From Candidatus Kerfeldbacteria bacterium (GTDB lineage: Bacteria > Patescibacteriota > Patescibacteriia > SBBC01 > CAIJZX01), in contig JACPSJ010000001.1 in assembly GCA_016193315.1 (NCBI GenBank), positions 219,981 through 283,980 on the forward strand: a stretch of 64,000 nucleotides of DNA, in the 5' to 3' direction. Position numbers and translations under genes: made by a program. The notes under the pieces were generated by a model. It made no database searches. It saw only the letters and a list, made by a program, of their open reading frames with translations, and was not told the DNA's origin. Positions 63,235 to 64,000 of the stretch are shown here, piece by piece; position 1 is the stretch's first letter, and the number at the start of each line of letters is the position of its first letter.

Positions 63235-64000
63235 CTACGAATCAACACCCCCCATTGCCCGCAGCGCCGCCACTCGTTCCGGAATCGGCGGGTGAGTCGA
63301 GAATAACTTGGCCAGGCCGCGGACGCTCGGACCGAACGGATTGCTGATAAAGAGGTGGGCGGTGGCGTTGTTAGCGCGGCTCAGCGGCTCGGTCGTCTGG
63401 GCAATTTTCTCCAACGCCCGGGCCAAGCCTTCTGGATATCGTGTCAGCAAGGCGCCGGCGGCGTCAGCCAGGAACTCCCTGCGCCGGGACACGGCGAACT
63501 GGAGGAGTCGGGCAATGATCGGTGCTAGGATTAGCAGGACTAGGCCGATCAGAAGCAGTATGGCCTGAACCTGACCAGCGGAACGATTTCCGCCGCGACG
63601 ACCGCCGCCGAGCCAGCGGGTCCGCCAGAACAGGTCGCCGAACATGATGATGATGCCGACCAAGACGGTAACCAGGGTCATGAAGCGGATATCGAGGTTC
63701 CGGACGTGCGACAACTCGTGGGCCAGCACCCCTTCGAGTTCTTCGTTCTCGAGTCGCTCGACTGCACCAGTCGTGACGGCCACCGAGGCATGCTTCAGAT
63801 CTCGTCCAGTAGCAAAGGCGTTGATCTGCGGGCTATCGATCAGGTAGATCTGCGGCACCGGCAGGCCAGCGGTGATGGATAGGTTCTCGACCATTCGCCA
63901 CAGATAGGGATTGTCCTGACGGTCGATCGGCCCGTGGGCCCCGCTAGTGACCAAGGCCAGCCGGTCCCCGCCAAAGTAGCCACCGACGGCCATGCCGACG
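63235..64000 (-). CDS. htpX: HtpX-like M48 zinc metalloprotease; the N-terminus probably lies beyond the window end
   Basis: HELSHVRNLD (HExxH), a downstream EFLADAAGA glutamate ligand, and two C-terminal TM helices. Confidence 0.8.
   Translation of the reverse strand, partial: VGMAVGGYFGGDRLALVTSGAHGPIDRQDNPYLWRMVENLSITAGLPVPQIYLIDSPQINAFATGRDLKHASVAVTTGAVERLENEELEGVLAHELSHVRNLDIRFMTLVTVLVGIIIMFGDLFWRTRWLGGGRRGGNRSAGQVQAILLLIGLVLLILAPIIARLLQFAVSRRREFLADAAGALLTRYPEGLARALEKIAQTTEPLSRANNATAHLFISNPFGPSVRGLAKLFSTHPPIPERVAALRAMGGVDS

Noticed and set aside
1-64000. CRISPR arrays or cas genes
   Set aside because: No regularly spaced direct repeats of 25-40 bp were seen. The repeats found are palindromic or tRNA-derived, not CRISPR-like.

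Overview
This 64-kb window comes from a GC-rich bacterial chromosome, about 58-62% GC in core genes, with several lower-GC patches. Gene content suggests a Patescibacteria/CPR-like or other reduced Gram-positive-type lineage, but this is inference only. The clues are an archaeal-type cytidylate kinase, giant cysteine-rich secreted proteins, a minimal type IV secretion/pilus-like locus, ComFC and a compact unidirectional gene layout. Identifiable housekeeping genes include a sensor histidine kinase, BtpA-family protein, XerC-like recombinase, patatin-like lipase, DedA, rpsO, a NYN-domain RNase, a disrupted pnp, a CDF-like transporter, cmk, lspA, comM/yifB, a LysM-M23 peptidase, leuS, an APH-family kinase, tsaC, an MFS-like transporter, rsmA/ksgA, recG, a tRNA island, a 2-hydroxyacid dehydrogenase, comFC, clpC and htpX. 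Three things stand out. (1) A roughly 27.7-kb, 16-gene, single-strand locus (26080-53756) has translationally coupled ATGA/GTGA junctions. It joins three giant Cys-rich extracellular proteins (1861, 1366 and 1311 aa) to a T4SS-like apparatus: a VirB6/TrbL-like protein, VirB3-like protein, VirB4 ATPase, VirB8-like protein, two paralogous pilin-like modules fused to a Cys-rich domain and to an M23 peptidase, and a TolB-like propeller. (2) The leucyl-tRNA synthetase is 1306 aa and carries three in-frame inserted domains: Ham1/ITPase-like, Nudix and ASCH. It also carries a small palindromic in-frame insertion, and tsaC carries a similar palindromic element in frame. (3) The tRNA island has intact tRNAs embedded in long leader/trailer stems, and these are nested between complementary 5-prime and 3-prime tRNA fragments. 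Other points are pnp missing its catalytic motif plus a frameshift, a roughly 400-nt structured non-coding region, and a perfect 21-bp inverted-repeat element sitting exactly between two convergent stop codons.
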